Of a DNA stretch of 64,000 bases, positions 38,621 through 50,839 are shown piece by piece. The stretch comes from Lama glama (Eukaryota). The stretch covers positions 93,684,001 through 93,748,000 of the forward strand of contig CM052817.1 in NCBI GenBank assembly GCA_028534125.1, read 5' to 3'. A program made the position numbers and the translations under genes. Within the stretch, counting starts at the first letter, position 1, and every line of letters begins with the position of its first letter. A model generated the notes under the pieces. That model saw only the letters and a list, made by a program, of their open reading frames with translations, had not been told where the DNA came from and did no database searches.

Positions 38621-38763
38621 GAGGGGAGGGTATAGCTCAGTGGGAGAGCACGTGCTTAGCATACATGATGTCCTGAGTTCAATCCCCAGTACCTCCATTA
38701 AAAAATAAATAAATAAACCTAATTAGCCCCTCCAAATAAACACAAAAGCAAAACAAACAAAAA
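38621..38763 (+). mobile_element. tRNA-derived SINE (Vic-1-type)
   Basis: GGGGAGGGTATAGCTCAGTGGGAGAGCACGTGCTTAGCAT..GTTCAATCCCCAGTACCTCC, A-rich tail, ACTGAG repeated at both flanks. Confidence 0.9.
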
Positions 38764-40814
38764 ACTTACTGAGTCTCTTTGACACACCACTTTTGAGCAC
38801 TGATGTGGGAAACATGAAAACACCACACACCCTACCTCCTTGTGGACGTTCCTAGGGGACCTTCGGGTCACTCCAAACAAATCAGCCTTTAATTTCCAGA
38901 TCTCCCACCCCTTTTGCATTAGGAATGTAGGCGGCATCTAACTAGCTCTCTGGCTCCTACTAGGGGACTTCTGCAAGGTAATGCATCTCAAATACCACTT
39001 TGGTATCTGGTAGCTATTGCCTTAAGAGGTCAAAATTTTCAAATTTTACATCCTGTGTTATTAGTTTTTACAATTTGAGCTTTAAGAAAACCATGAGGGA
39101 GGCAGCTAAAAATTATAAAATATGTCTACTGGATTTTTTTTAAGTTTCCTGAGCATGCCATGAGTCTTACACTGTTCTTCAATATAATCCCTCCTATTCT
39201 GTCAGGCAGAGTGCCCAGGGGCCCCTGTGTTCTTCTCCCCCACTTCCTTTCTCCATGTCCATTCCTGCTGGTTGTGGTTCAATTCTTACTTTTCAGCACC
39301 TTCCAAATTTACCACCCTGTCAAAGCTTGAATTCCAGCTTCTCCATAAATGATCTCCGGGTACTGTGGACTCTGTTGATTTTATACTCTCTGACCTTGTA
39401 TAGTGAAAACAGTCAATGCCTATCATTTACACTGCTTTCTTGGGTTGCGTTGTGCTGTCACGTCTTCCCAACTATATTTCAAGTTTCTAAAAGACTGTTA
39501 CTGCACCTTCTGCCTCTCACCTATCCGCTTCAGTGCTTAATTCAAAACTCAGCACGGGAGGGAGATCCCTAGTAAGAACATAGCCACTTGCTATGTATTA
39601 GGTTCCTATCAATGAATATAAGTCAGAGTTAACATATATAGCATTAATATCTCACCATGTCCTATGATAGAAATTCTATTAAAAAAATCTTTCTGTTGTG
39701 CACATTTAAAGAATATCTGAACAAAGTGATACATCAGATAGGAAAGAGATAGAGGTGATATGTGAGAGAGAGGATAGTTCAACATGTAACAAAGGCGCTA
39801 TTATTTGGAAATAAATCTACATGTAACGCTTTTGCATTTTTCTACGTAGGACCTCACCTTTCTGCCAGGGGTAGCACTCGCCTAAAGTAGGACTAGGATT
39901 GTTACAAGATCAATAAAATAAGAAAGGTGTTTAGAATTTGACATCCAGCAAAAATTCTGAGTCCACAGCAAGACAATAGTCTTCTCTACCAGCTTCCCTT
40001 AGGAAAAACAAGATTTTTAAAAACACAATCTTAGTTGCCATTAACACATTAGAAGTCAGACCTATAGAACTAGATCCCAGAATCTGACAGCGCCAAGAGT
40101 AGAGAAAGCATAGGGCGTGATGTAAAAGGATACGGAAAACTACCCCAGGTTCAAGGGTCGTAGAGGACAGACAGAAGAGGAAGGGGTCAGACACGGAGTC
40201 ATTATTTCCCCTCCTCTAAGTTAAAGCCCCACATGAACATGGTAATAGGAGCATTAGGACTAACAGATACTTTTCGGGGCACAGACTGAAGCAAACTCGG
40301 AGAAAACCAGCATTCAGCACTTCACATGACATAGGAGCAGTTAAGGGGCATCAGAGGAGGGAGGGAAGTGTCTAAGACATGAACCTGAGACAGAATCCCT
40401 CTATCCCCACAGCCACTGTGTGGTGTCCCAGGGAGACAGATGTTCCCAAGGGCCCTGAGCAGGGACACAGGAGTGCTGGGTGGGCTTGGCCTCCCCTACT
40501 ACCTTCCCCCGAAATGAGATCATAAGAAACCCCTTGTCCCCTATAGTCACAAAGCTTCAAGGGGAAGAGTAGAAGGGAAAAAGTCTGGAAGCACAACCAA
40601 TGATCCAAAATCTAAGACATCCACCCCCGATAAAAAGGAACTAAATAGCATCTAGTCCATTGTCACCATTTTTCAGATGAGGAAACTAAAGATCGGAGTG
40701 GCAGACTCATTTATTCAAGAGTATTGTGCAGGTGAGGACAAAGCACAGGCAACAATTCCACTTTTTCTAGCACCTCCTGAACTGGTAACACAACTTCCTA
40801 CACTCCTGTCTAGA

Positions 40815-42475
40815 GAATACTAGGGATGTAATGTACAACATGATAAATGTAATTAACACTGCTGTATGTCATATATGAAAGTCGTTAAGAGAGTAAGTCC
40901 TAAGAATTCTCATCACAAAGAAAAAATTTTTTTAAATTTTCTATCTATAGGAGATGACAGATGTTCACTTAACTTACTGAGGTACTCATTTCATGAAGTC
41001 AGTCAAATCATTATGCTCTATACCTTAAACTTACACAGTGCTGTATGTCAATTATATCTCAATTTTTTTAAAAACTGGGAGATCAATCAATCAATAAATA
41101 AAATCTCACTCCTACCCACAAAACAAGGGGAAAAAAACATCTGTTCATCAAATAATACCAGGTAGAGAATGAAATGGCAAGGCATAGAGTACAAGAAGAA
41201 ACTCTTCAATACATATATCAGAAAATGACTGATATTCAGAATACTTAGATAAACTCCTACAAAGAAATAAGAACAAGGCAGACAACTCAATAGAAAAATG
41301 GACAAAAGACATAAACAGAGATTTCACAAAAGAGAGCATTCAAATTTTCAGTAAACATGAAAATGTTCTCAAGCCCAGTCCTTTGGAAATGCAAATTAAA
41401 ATCTCAATGAGATACCACTACATGCAGACAAATGTGGCTAAAATAAAAAGGACAGATAATATCAAGAGTTGGGGGGAAAAGGACACTATGAAGTCATCTA
41501 CAAAATGGAAAAAGACTCGCAGAAATAGTGAATAATCTTACGGTTACCAGGCAAAGGGTGTGGGAAGGGATAAATTTGGGAGTTTGAGATTTACAAATGT
41601 TAGCCACTATATATAAAAACAGATTTTAAAAACAAGTCTCTTAGGTAACTATGTTCAATATCTTGTAATAAACTTTAATGAAAAAAATATGAAAACAAAT
41701 ATATGTGTGTATATGCATGACTGAGACATTGTATTGTACATCAGAAATTGACACATTATAATTGTACTTCAATTTATTTATTTATTTATTTTAACTTTAT
41801 TTATTTATTTATTTATTTTTACTTCAATTTAAAATAAGAGAGTGGACAGAATATGGAACAATGATACCATCATATCCTGCTTGATGGGGGCAGAGAGTGG
41901 AAATCGGTGTAATTTTAGAAAACAGTTTGGTAGTATTTACTAAAGGTAGACGTATACACGTCCTATGGCTGGGCAAATTCCACTACTAGGTTTATAACCA
42001 CTCTAAAGGCATATTATAGCTGCCGAAAATTATGTACAAGAATGTTCATAGTAGGACTCTTTACAATAGGGAAAAAATGGAAATAACCCAAATTCTATTA
42101 ACAGAACAGATTAACAAGTTAAGATCTATTTATACAATGAAATGCTATACATTAATTAGAATGAACAAACAAATGAACAGTTAAATGAACAAAATGGATG
42201 AATATCACATGCAATATTTAGGGTAAGAAGTCATATGCAAGAAAGCACACACAACATGACAGCATTTATATAAAATGTGGTGGGGGTACCTCTTGTGCAA
42301 TGCATAGTGACTTGGAGAGGACATAAGGGGAACTTTTGAGGTACTGATACTAGTCTCTCCTTGATCTGTCTTTTAGATCTTCAGTTGTGCTCACTTTGCA
42401 AAAATTTATCAAGCTATCCACTTAAGATCTGCTCACTTTCCATATGCATGTTATACATTGATAAGTATTTTTTTA
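40815..42475 (+). mobile_element. Cluster of L1 3' fragments of different ages (nested younger 3'UTR ~41475-41835)
   Basis: GAAATGCAAATTAAAATCTCAATGAGATACCACTAC; AAAATGGACAAAAGACATAAACAG; 3'UTR CAGAAATTGACACATT followed by (TTTA)n. Confidence 0.85.
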
Positions 42476-43614
42476 AATAGCATTGGAATCTCCACTCACC
42501 TGTCTGTCCCACTTGAAAAAAGGGCACAAATAAATTTTAAAGATGATCCTTGATTTTAAAGATGATTGGGAAGAAATAAAAGAGCAGATTTCGGTCTGAA
42601 AATGTTTTTCCTCAGCAACTACAGGTGCGATAACTCAGGATGACAACTGGAGACAAAACATTCGTGTTTTCCCTGGAACACAAGCCATTTTCTGTATTTT
42701 TAACCAATAACAGTCCTCCTAAAATTGCTTATTCATTGTTGATTTTGTTTACTAAAAGGGAATCTAGCATAAAATGTATGCATATTCCATTTTAAAGCAT
42801 ATCTGTATATTTAACAGTACATATGTTTGAGACTTTTTTTTAATTTGGGCTACATTAGCCAGGAAACACCTAGAGACCGATTTGAAGTGTTATACATGAC
42901 CTTTGAAAGTATTTCCTCTTGCAAATACTAAAACTGCTACCTACTGGATTCCTTTCTAATTTTCCCTTTGCTTATTTTATGAAACAATTATTTCAGAGAA
43001 GAAAAACACAAACATAAAAGGTTTAGAATTTCAGGTTTTTGGAAGTGTCTGCATTTAAACCTTGGAAAGAAAATATAAATGTAAAAAAAAAAAAAGAAAT
43101 ACAATTAACACCTATTTACCTCTGTCTACAAGCAGTGAGATAGAAAAAGCTTTCTCTTCTCTGAATTAAAATTATACCTAGATTAAGTATCAATAATGAA
43201 AACCCACAAAAGTAATAATCAAAGTCCAAGCACTTGAAATGTATGCTTAATCCATATCAGAAGAAAGGCAGAAATAAAATAACGATAAAAGGCCACATTC
43301 CATGTTTAAAACATACAGAACACTGAATATTGGGAATAATTGATTTCTACCTTTTTGTTTTTCATTATTTAGACCTTTTGCTTAATTGATGAAAACAGTT
43401 TCTCTAAATGATATACTCTAATTCCACTGATAACTTTATTTACTTAATCTTAAATTTTCATTTTCTGTTGTTTATTCAAATAATCTAATATTTTCCCATA
43501 GGCAATTTAGCAATAAAATGAACTCAAGAAAACTTCTACTTTTTGAAAACTAGTTTTAAAATTCGTAAGCTGAATTAGAAGTACCTTATTATTATTATTG
43601 TAGTAATAAAAAAT

Positions 43615-43835
43615 AAACATTTAGTACTGTCACATACAAACCAGGCATTGTTCTGAGTTGCTGTCTTATACGTTTAATACTCATAACAACCTTAACTGCT
43701 GGGCACACTATTATCCCATTTTATAGATGAGGAAACTGAAGCACAGCTTGATTACTGAAAGTTACCTGGGCCACAGAGCCAGTGAGCAAAGGCAGGATTT
43801 GAAAACTGGTAGCTGTCACCAATCCCATTCCCTTG
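43615..43835 (-). mobile_element. MIR
   Basis: ATCCCATTTTATAGATGAGGAAACTGAAGCACAG core. Confidence 0.85.
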
Positions 43836-44249
43836 ACTCTTCTGCTGATAATGTACCTCTCCTATTTCCATGCGAGTACCCATTACTAGAACACATGTTC
43901 TGTCTTTAGGTCGTATTACTTAAATTATTAATATTAATTCTTACTGCAACATCTCCCATTTTACTTTAAATGTATGCTGCATAAAAATTTTCTCTTCTGT
44001 GTTTATCTTGGCTATTTTTTACACTTTTCATGTATTCCTTAGAATTGTAAATACATCATACTTTGAATTTAGAGTGGCTACTATCTCCTAAGAGTTTGAA
44101 GCAATTTACATATATCGTGGCACTTAAATTTAAACACACTTACACACTCAGCACTAGTCGCTGAACTGATTTTTACATATTTCACCGCATATTTTTTCAT
44201 CTTTTATCTCACGCAATTGCCAAAGTCAAATGCTCAGACTCTAGGCTCT

Positions 44250-44400
44250 TTATTCTCAATGGGTGGTTCATAAACCAGCAGCCTCACCATGATCTGAGAG
44301 CTTATTAGAAATCAGAATTCCAGGTACCACCCTAGACCAGCAGTAGAACAACAAGAATCTCAGGTGATCTGTAGGAATATTCAACTTCAGGAAACTTACT
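44250..44400. mobile_element. MER5A-like hAT element
   Basis: TTCTCAA..ACCAGCAGC..GAGAGCTTATTAGAAAT..CAGGTGAT. Confidence 0.65.
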
Positions 44401-47261
44401 TTAGATGATATATTCCTCTAAACTGAAGGCCTTCTTAATCCTTGCTTCAGCTAATCTGTTTCTGTAGGTTCTGTGAAAGACACTTTTATCAATTTTACCA
44501 CTTAGTGTTTTAGTCTGTTAAAATTATTATTGAGTACTTCACTATCTCTGTCAGCTTTATTACCTGCAGTGTTACTGAATTTTGCTGAATTAACGACTGA
44601 GGACTTAAAAACAGCAGCTTCCTTTCTAGGGCTGTCTGTAAAGCTCTTTGTTTGCAAGGTGCTGTATCCTCCACAAATGACTATAGATGCCATCAGTTGG
44701 AAACAGGCAGAGCTGACTTGCTTTTACTCTGGCGTGCAGCCTTGTAAATGTCGAAGAGAGCTCCAAAATTAAAAGATCAATAGCAGAGTAGCTACTGTTT
44801 TCTCCAAATCCTGGGAGATTTTATGCTACATTATAGCACAATGCTGATCTCAAATCCTTTCTGAATTCTTCTCAGATTTCCTTAGTTCTCAGGTATTCAC
44901 TTATAAGTTGCCCTAGAGTTTTTTGGCTTTTTATATAAGCTGACCCGAAAAAGTTCTAGAAAAATATCTTAGTAGTAATATAGGATTTTGCTTCTGGCTA
45001 AAACTACCACCATCAACAATAACCAAAATCATTAATTTGTAAAATCCTCATTCTGAAAGAAAACCAATAAAATGCACCTAAGCCATCCAAAAAACCCCTC
45101 AAACAAACAGAAATATCCATATGGAAAACGATCAAAATAAGCTTTAAAAGAGTAAATTAATGCAAAAGAAAATCAATCTTAAATAAGGCAAATTTTGTAA
45201 GACAAAATTCTGAGCTGGTAGCTACTTTTTACTGTTTTAATGAAGCACCAGTACCCATATCTTGAAAAAACATGGTCAGATTTATTTACCACATTATCTC
45301 TTTGCATTGGTTCTTGCATGGATTTGCAAAATATGAGCTAGCTGAGGCAAATAGGTTAATTTATTTGAGTATATAGCATCAAGGAAGATCACTCTTAAAA
45401 ATTTTTCCAATAGGAAAATAAAGAATGTTTGAGAATGAGTTTGAGTTATTAGATAGTAAAAGAAAATTAATTTTAATTGTGTCAGCTGTGGTAACCATAT
45501 TGTGGTTATGTAAGATAAACATCCTTATCTTTTAGAAACGCAGACAAAAGTATGGGCTGAAATGTCAAAAAAGATTGCCAATTAGGACATACTAGTATAT
45601 ACCACCACCAGTAAAAATGAAATAAAATAAAACTACCACTAACAAAAAGAAAAAGAGGGACATTAGGAATCTAGAGAAGATATTAATAATAGATACATTT
45701 TAATATCAATGGAGGAGGTTTAAATAAGCCATTAGTTCATGGGATTAAAAGGGATCAAAGAAAAACTTTTTAAAAATATATTCATAATGTATTCATATTC
45801 AAAATGAATATTCATAATATAATTCACATTATATTTGAAAAATGCTATGGATACATTGTATTGGCCTCTTGCTCAAGCTAATTACTCTGATAACTTTTAT
45901 ATATTATTATTCTTAATAATCTTAATCTTTAGAATGACAATTTAGGAGAGACATGAAGCACAATTTGCCTACTTTCATAACATTTTGGCTTAGCTCAAGG
46001 AGAGAGAAGTTTTACATCCCTTTACAGTCTTTCTATTTCATCTTATATTTACTCCACCCCACAGGATATGAAAAGATATTTTCATTAGTCAGATAGCCAT
46101 ATTTTATTTGTAGGTGGTTTCTGTACCTAAACGCATTAAAACAAGTGTAAAACTTAGTCCAAAAGAAAATTTTAACTTAATTAACTCTTACTTTCTACTC
46201 CTACACTAGGAATCAACAATTTTGGTGGAGGATATAAACAACAAAACTAACACAGCAGGAAAAAATTTTACAATGCTGAAAGTACTCATGCACAGAAAAC
46301 CTGAACAATATCTAAATGCAAGAAAAAAATCTAAAAAAAGAAATTATAGTTGAATGTCTCCATGTTCCATTACAAAGTATTACAGAAAAAAAGGGGATAA
46401 AAATAAAAAGTGTATGGTGCCCAATCAGGAGATTTCTGCTTCTGGTAGCAAAGACACTGGTAATTTTAAAAAGCCTCTGCTTCAAAACATGTAGAATGTT
46501 TACTACAATATAACAAACACATTTTAAAATGTATTGTTGAGCTCACAGGAAATAAGAATGACCTTACAGTACCAAAATGAAGACAGAGCAGAAACAACAG
46601 TAGCATCCGTGTGCAAAAATCATGCGTGCTCCAGTGGTGTTTACTAATACGAGGATCTTCAAGATTGGATTTCAGTATCCTGACAGGAAACATCAGACAA
46701 GACTTTAGGTTTGAAAAAGATGGGGGGTTGGAATTAAAAACATCAAAAAGCCCAAAAGGGTATAAAAAAAAGTTTAAATGCCCTCTACCAAGGGGGAGTG
46801 ACAAGGGGAAAATTATCTGTGACATCCCTAGCTTGGAGAAGAGAAGAAGAAAATCACTCTTCTAAAAATGCATAAATTATAGTCTTCACTTATGATTAGG
46901 GAGCTTGGATTACACTGATTACAAATCCTGAAAAACTTCAAGCAGAGAAATTAACTTAAAAAAGCAAATTAAATCTCCTCCAAAGTAATATAACCTCATT
47001 TCAGACCTCTCAGGATTCCCAGAATTTTAAAAAAGCCAAAAATGAGCTCATAATCCAAAATTACACAATCTACAAGAAAATGTGCCTTCATAAAGGAGGA
47101 GCCAAAGAAGCATCAAACAGCAGAATTAGACTGCCAAAGACTTCAGACTTTGTAACTCTCAGATAGACAACATAAAATAAATACACTAAAAATCTCTAAA
47201 TATATAAAAAAGGGAACTAAAATCATATGAAAGGAACAATAGGGTATAAAAATCAACTGAA

Positions 47262-47446
47262 CAGAATAGATAACAAGATCCTACTATACAGCACAGGAAA
47301 GTATATTCAATAACTTGTAATAACTTATGATGAAAAAGAACATGAAAAAAAATATACATGTATATGTATATGTAACTGAATCACTATGCTGTGTACCAGA
47401 AACTAACATAACGTTGTAAATCAACTTAGTTCAACTGAAAAAAAAA
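47262..47446 (+). mobile_element. Nested younger L1 3'UTR end
   Basis: ATAGATAACAAGATCCTACTATACAGCACAGG..AACTGAATCACTATGCTGT..CCAGAAACTAAC plus A tail. Confidence 0.85.
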
Positions 47447-47974
47447 TTGGAATTTTAAAAGACCAAAGGTAACTTCTGGAAAAAAAATAAAATTGCAATT
47501 TCAATAGATGCATTGAATAGAAAATCAGGTACAACATCAGAGTGAGTTAATAAACTGAAAGATACACTTGAACAAATATATAAAACACAACAAAGAAAGA
47601 AAAGGTTATGAAACATATATAAGATGAAGGAGAGAATAAAAAGCTCTAACATGTGACCAGATTCTCTGAGAGGAAGATAAGAGAGAATGGAGGAGAGGCC
47701 AGGGCCAGACCTAGTGTGAGGTAAGTGAGGTAGTGAGGGCCAAAAACTAAAGGAGAAGTTTACTTCTCTTAAATTTTGCCACCTGGAAGGGCAATACCAA
47801 GAAAGTTAACTGGCTAAAAAGTTTTTCAGAATTGAAACTTGAGATCCAGAAAACACAATGTTTTCCAAGAAGGATAAATAAAAAGAAATTTATCCTTAAA
47901 GACAATAGTAAAACTGTGGAATACCAGAAACAGAGTACTGAACCAGTCATAAATAAAAAATACTTTAGGGGGCA

Positions 47975-48330
47975 CTGTTGGTTCCCCACCCATATCCTCT
48001 TTACCAGCCAGTGGACCCATACCTACCCTTCTCTTGATAACTGTCTTCAGCCTCCTGGAAATGTCTCTGAGTTACCATACTCCTTCTGGGCACAGCCCAT
48101 CATCAAACAATGACTAATCAAAGGATATCGAAGGCTAGCCCTCTGCATCAAGGTGGGACATTTCTGCGGTACCCTCAGTATGCAGAGCTTCCTGTGGCAT
48201 CAATGATCTTTCACTAAATCCACATCTTTGACTAGCTGCTTTTTCTTTTCTATACTGTTTTCCTAATTTTCTTCTTCTGATTTCAACACAAAAAATCAAG
48301 AATCCCTATTGTGGGTTTGACTCGGAATTA
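47975..48330. mobile_element. ERVL-type LTR fragment (LTR16-like)
   Basis: GGGCACAGCCCAT..CAATGACT..CTGCATCAAGGTGGGACA..CAGAGCTTCCTGTGG. Confidence 0.55.
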
Positions 48331-48587
48331 CATTTACCAATAAGCAAATGATAATAAACAGCAGATTCTCAAAACAATGGATGCCAGAATACTAAAGAAT
48401 ACATTTTAACTCTGAAAAGAATAGCTCTCAGTTAAGATTTCTATTCCCAAACTGTACTTTCAGGCAGAAGTGAAATAAATATTCAGACATATCAAAGCAG
48501 AGCTTACACCAAGAGACCCATAACAACAAAAAAAAAAAATCTGAAAGAAAAGATTTAGGGCAGAAAAAAAGATACTTGCAGGTGGGA

Positions 48588-49087
48588 NNNNNNNNNNNNN
48601 NNNNNNNNNNNNNNNNNNNNNNNNNNNNNNNNNNNNNNNNNNNNNNNNNNNNNNNNNNNNNNNNNNNNNNNNNNNNNNNNNNNNNNNNNNNNNNNNNNNN
48701 NNNNNNNNNNNNNNNNNNNNNNNNNNNNNNNNNNNNNNNNNNNNNNNNNNNNNNNNNNNNNNNNNNNNNNNNNNNNNNNNNNNNNNNNNNNNNNNNNNNN
48801 NNNNNNNNNNNNNNNNNNNNNNNNNNNNNNNNNNNNNNNNNNNNNNNNNNNNNNNNNNNNNNNNNNNNNNNNNNNNNNNNNNNNNNNNNNNNNNNNNNNN
48901 NNNNNNNNNNNNNNNNNNNNNNNNNNNNNNNNNNNNNNNNNNNNNNNNNNNNNNNNNNNNNNNNNNNNNNNNNNNNNNNNNNNNNNNNNNNNNNNNNNNN
49001 NNNNNNNNNNNNNNNNNNNNNNNNNNNNNNNNNNNNNNNNNNNNNNNNNNNNNNNNNNNNNNNNNNNNNNNNNNNNNNNNNNNNNNN
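48588..49087. other. Assembly gap (500 N)
   Basis: Run of N characters. Confidence 1.
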
Positions 49088-49720
49088 GTGTTCAGAGAAT
49101 TAAAGGAAAACATGGTTTTAATAAGAGAAAAAATAGTGAATCTCAGATGAGAAATGAAAGCTATTTAAAAAGCCAAACAGAAATTCTAGAACTAAGGAGA
49201 ATTAATATGTAAACTTTAAAATTTACTGGATCAGATTAATAGCAAGTTGGATATAGTAGAAGAGAGTCAGTAAAGCTGAAGAGAAATCAATAGAAATTAT
49301 GCAATCTGAGGAAAACAGAGATAAAATGTTTGAAGAAATGAACAAAATTCCAGAGGCCTATAGGGCAGTGTCAAACAATCAAACATGTATAGAAGTCTCA
49401 GACAGAAAAAAATAATAGTACTTTTAAAGGTATTTAAAGAAATAATGGCTAAAATATGCTCAATTTGATGGGAAACAAATAACTTATGGAGTAAAGAATT
49501 TGAGGAAGCCCCAAAAAAGATAAAATCAAAGTACACCAAAGCACATTTCAGTCAAATTACTGAAAACAAAAGATTAAGCAGTCAGAGAAAAAGACACATT
49601 ACTACAGGAAAAGGGATAAAGATAACTGTTCACTTCTCATTTAAACAAAATAGTCCAAACAACCATGGAACAGCAGCTTTAAAATGCTAATTTTTTTTAA
49701 TTTTAAGAATATAATATATA

Positions 49721-49851
49721 GAGGGGTGGGTATAGCTTAAGCGGTAGAGCACATGCTTAGGCTGCACGAGGTCACGGGTTCAATCCCCAGTACCTCCGTT
49801 GGAAAACCAAGTAAATAAATAAACCTAGTTACCTCCCTCGTCAAGAAAAAA
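49721..49851 (+). mobile_element. tRNA-derived SINE (Vic-1-type)
   Basis: GGGTATAGCTTAAGCGGTAGAGCACATGCTTAG..GGGTTCAATCCCCAGTACCTCC; TSD AAGAATATAA at 49705-49714 and 49852-49861. Confidence 0.9.
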
Positions 49852-50621
49852 AAGAATATAACATCTAACAAAAACATACTTCAAAAATAAGGTGAAATAA
49901 AGACATTTTATTATAGACAAAAGTGAAAAATATTTGCAGCAAACCTAAACTACAAGAAATGTTAAAAAAAAAAAAGTAAAATCATACCACATGAAATAGC
50001 AGATCTGCTTGAAGGAAAGACAAACACTGGAAAAAATAAATAGTGAGTTATATAAGAGATTGTATTACTTTCCATATTTCTTTAAAAGATAGTTGTTTTT
50101 TCAAAAGCAATAATAATAAAATTTCAAGGTAGGATTTATGACATATGAAAAAATAGAGAATATGTAAAAAACAGCACAATAGATGAGAGACAAGTAATGG
50201 AATTCTGTTGAATGAGTATAACATTTTGGAAAGGGGAAGTAGGAACCGGGAAGTGAGAACATCAAATATGAAATAATAAGGTGGCATTGTGAAGAATCAG
50301 GTGATATACAGATTAATACTGATTCTAACAGAATTCGAGGAGAGTTAAATTGTTCAAAGTTAAGGAGGGATACTGTTAATCCTACAGCAAACACCACATA
50401 CATTTTAAAAGCATAAGAAATGAGAAGCAAGAAAGGACATAAAATAATAGTATTAAAAATATTCAGTTAGTCCAAAGTAGTCAGGAAAGAAGCAACAAAA
50501 AAATAAACCAAAAAAAGTAAGGGAAAAATGGAAAAAATATGAAGATAGACTTAAAAACAACAATATAAATAATTATATGAAATGTAAACAGAGAGAAAGA
50601 ATGAAAAGCAAACAGACTAAA

Positions 50622-50839
50622 CAAGGGATTGAGAAACCATGACCTGCAGGCCAAATTTTGCCCATTTACTTTATAAATATTTATTGAAAAATACCCTTGT
50701 CTACCTATTTACACATTGGCTGTGGTTGCTTTTTTTGCTACAATGGCAGAGTTCAGTGGTTGCGACTGAGACCATATGACTTACAAAGCCCAAAATGTTT
50801 ATTATCAGGCTCTTAATAGAAAATGTTTGCCAACCCTTG
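50622..50839. mobile_element. MER58A-like hAT MITE
   Basis: Termini CAAGGGATTG / CAACCCTTG; internal GCTACAATGGCAGAGTT..GAGACCATATG..AAAATGTTTGCCAACCC; flanks GACTAAA / GACCAAA resemble a TSD. Confidence 0.85.

Noticed and set aside
38621..38700. tRNA gene (also at 3234, 8896, 20923, 49721)
   Set aside because: A and B boxes are present, but the copies are diverged, carry A-rich tails and TSDs, and are SINEs.
39858..39881. 24-nt minus-strand micro-exon (TTTAG / AAG-GTGAGG)
   Set aside because: The polypyrimidine tract is weak, and such site pairs are expected by chance in 64 kb. Similar weak candidates near 3113, 42500 and 56732 were also dropped.
44502..44772. Overlapping 63-aa and 80-aa ORFs as an exon, retrocopy or second viral insert
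   Set aside because: No recognisable homology, no TSD or poly-A, and no convincing splice pair.
48460..49113. 217-aa and 175-aa ORFs
   Set aside because: Artefacts of the N gap.
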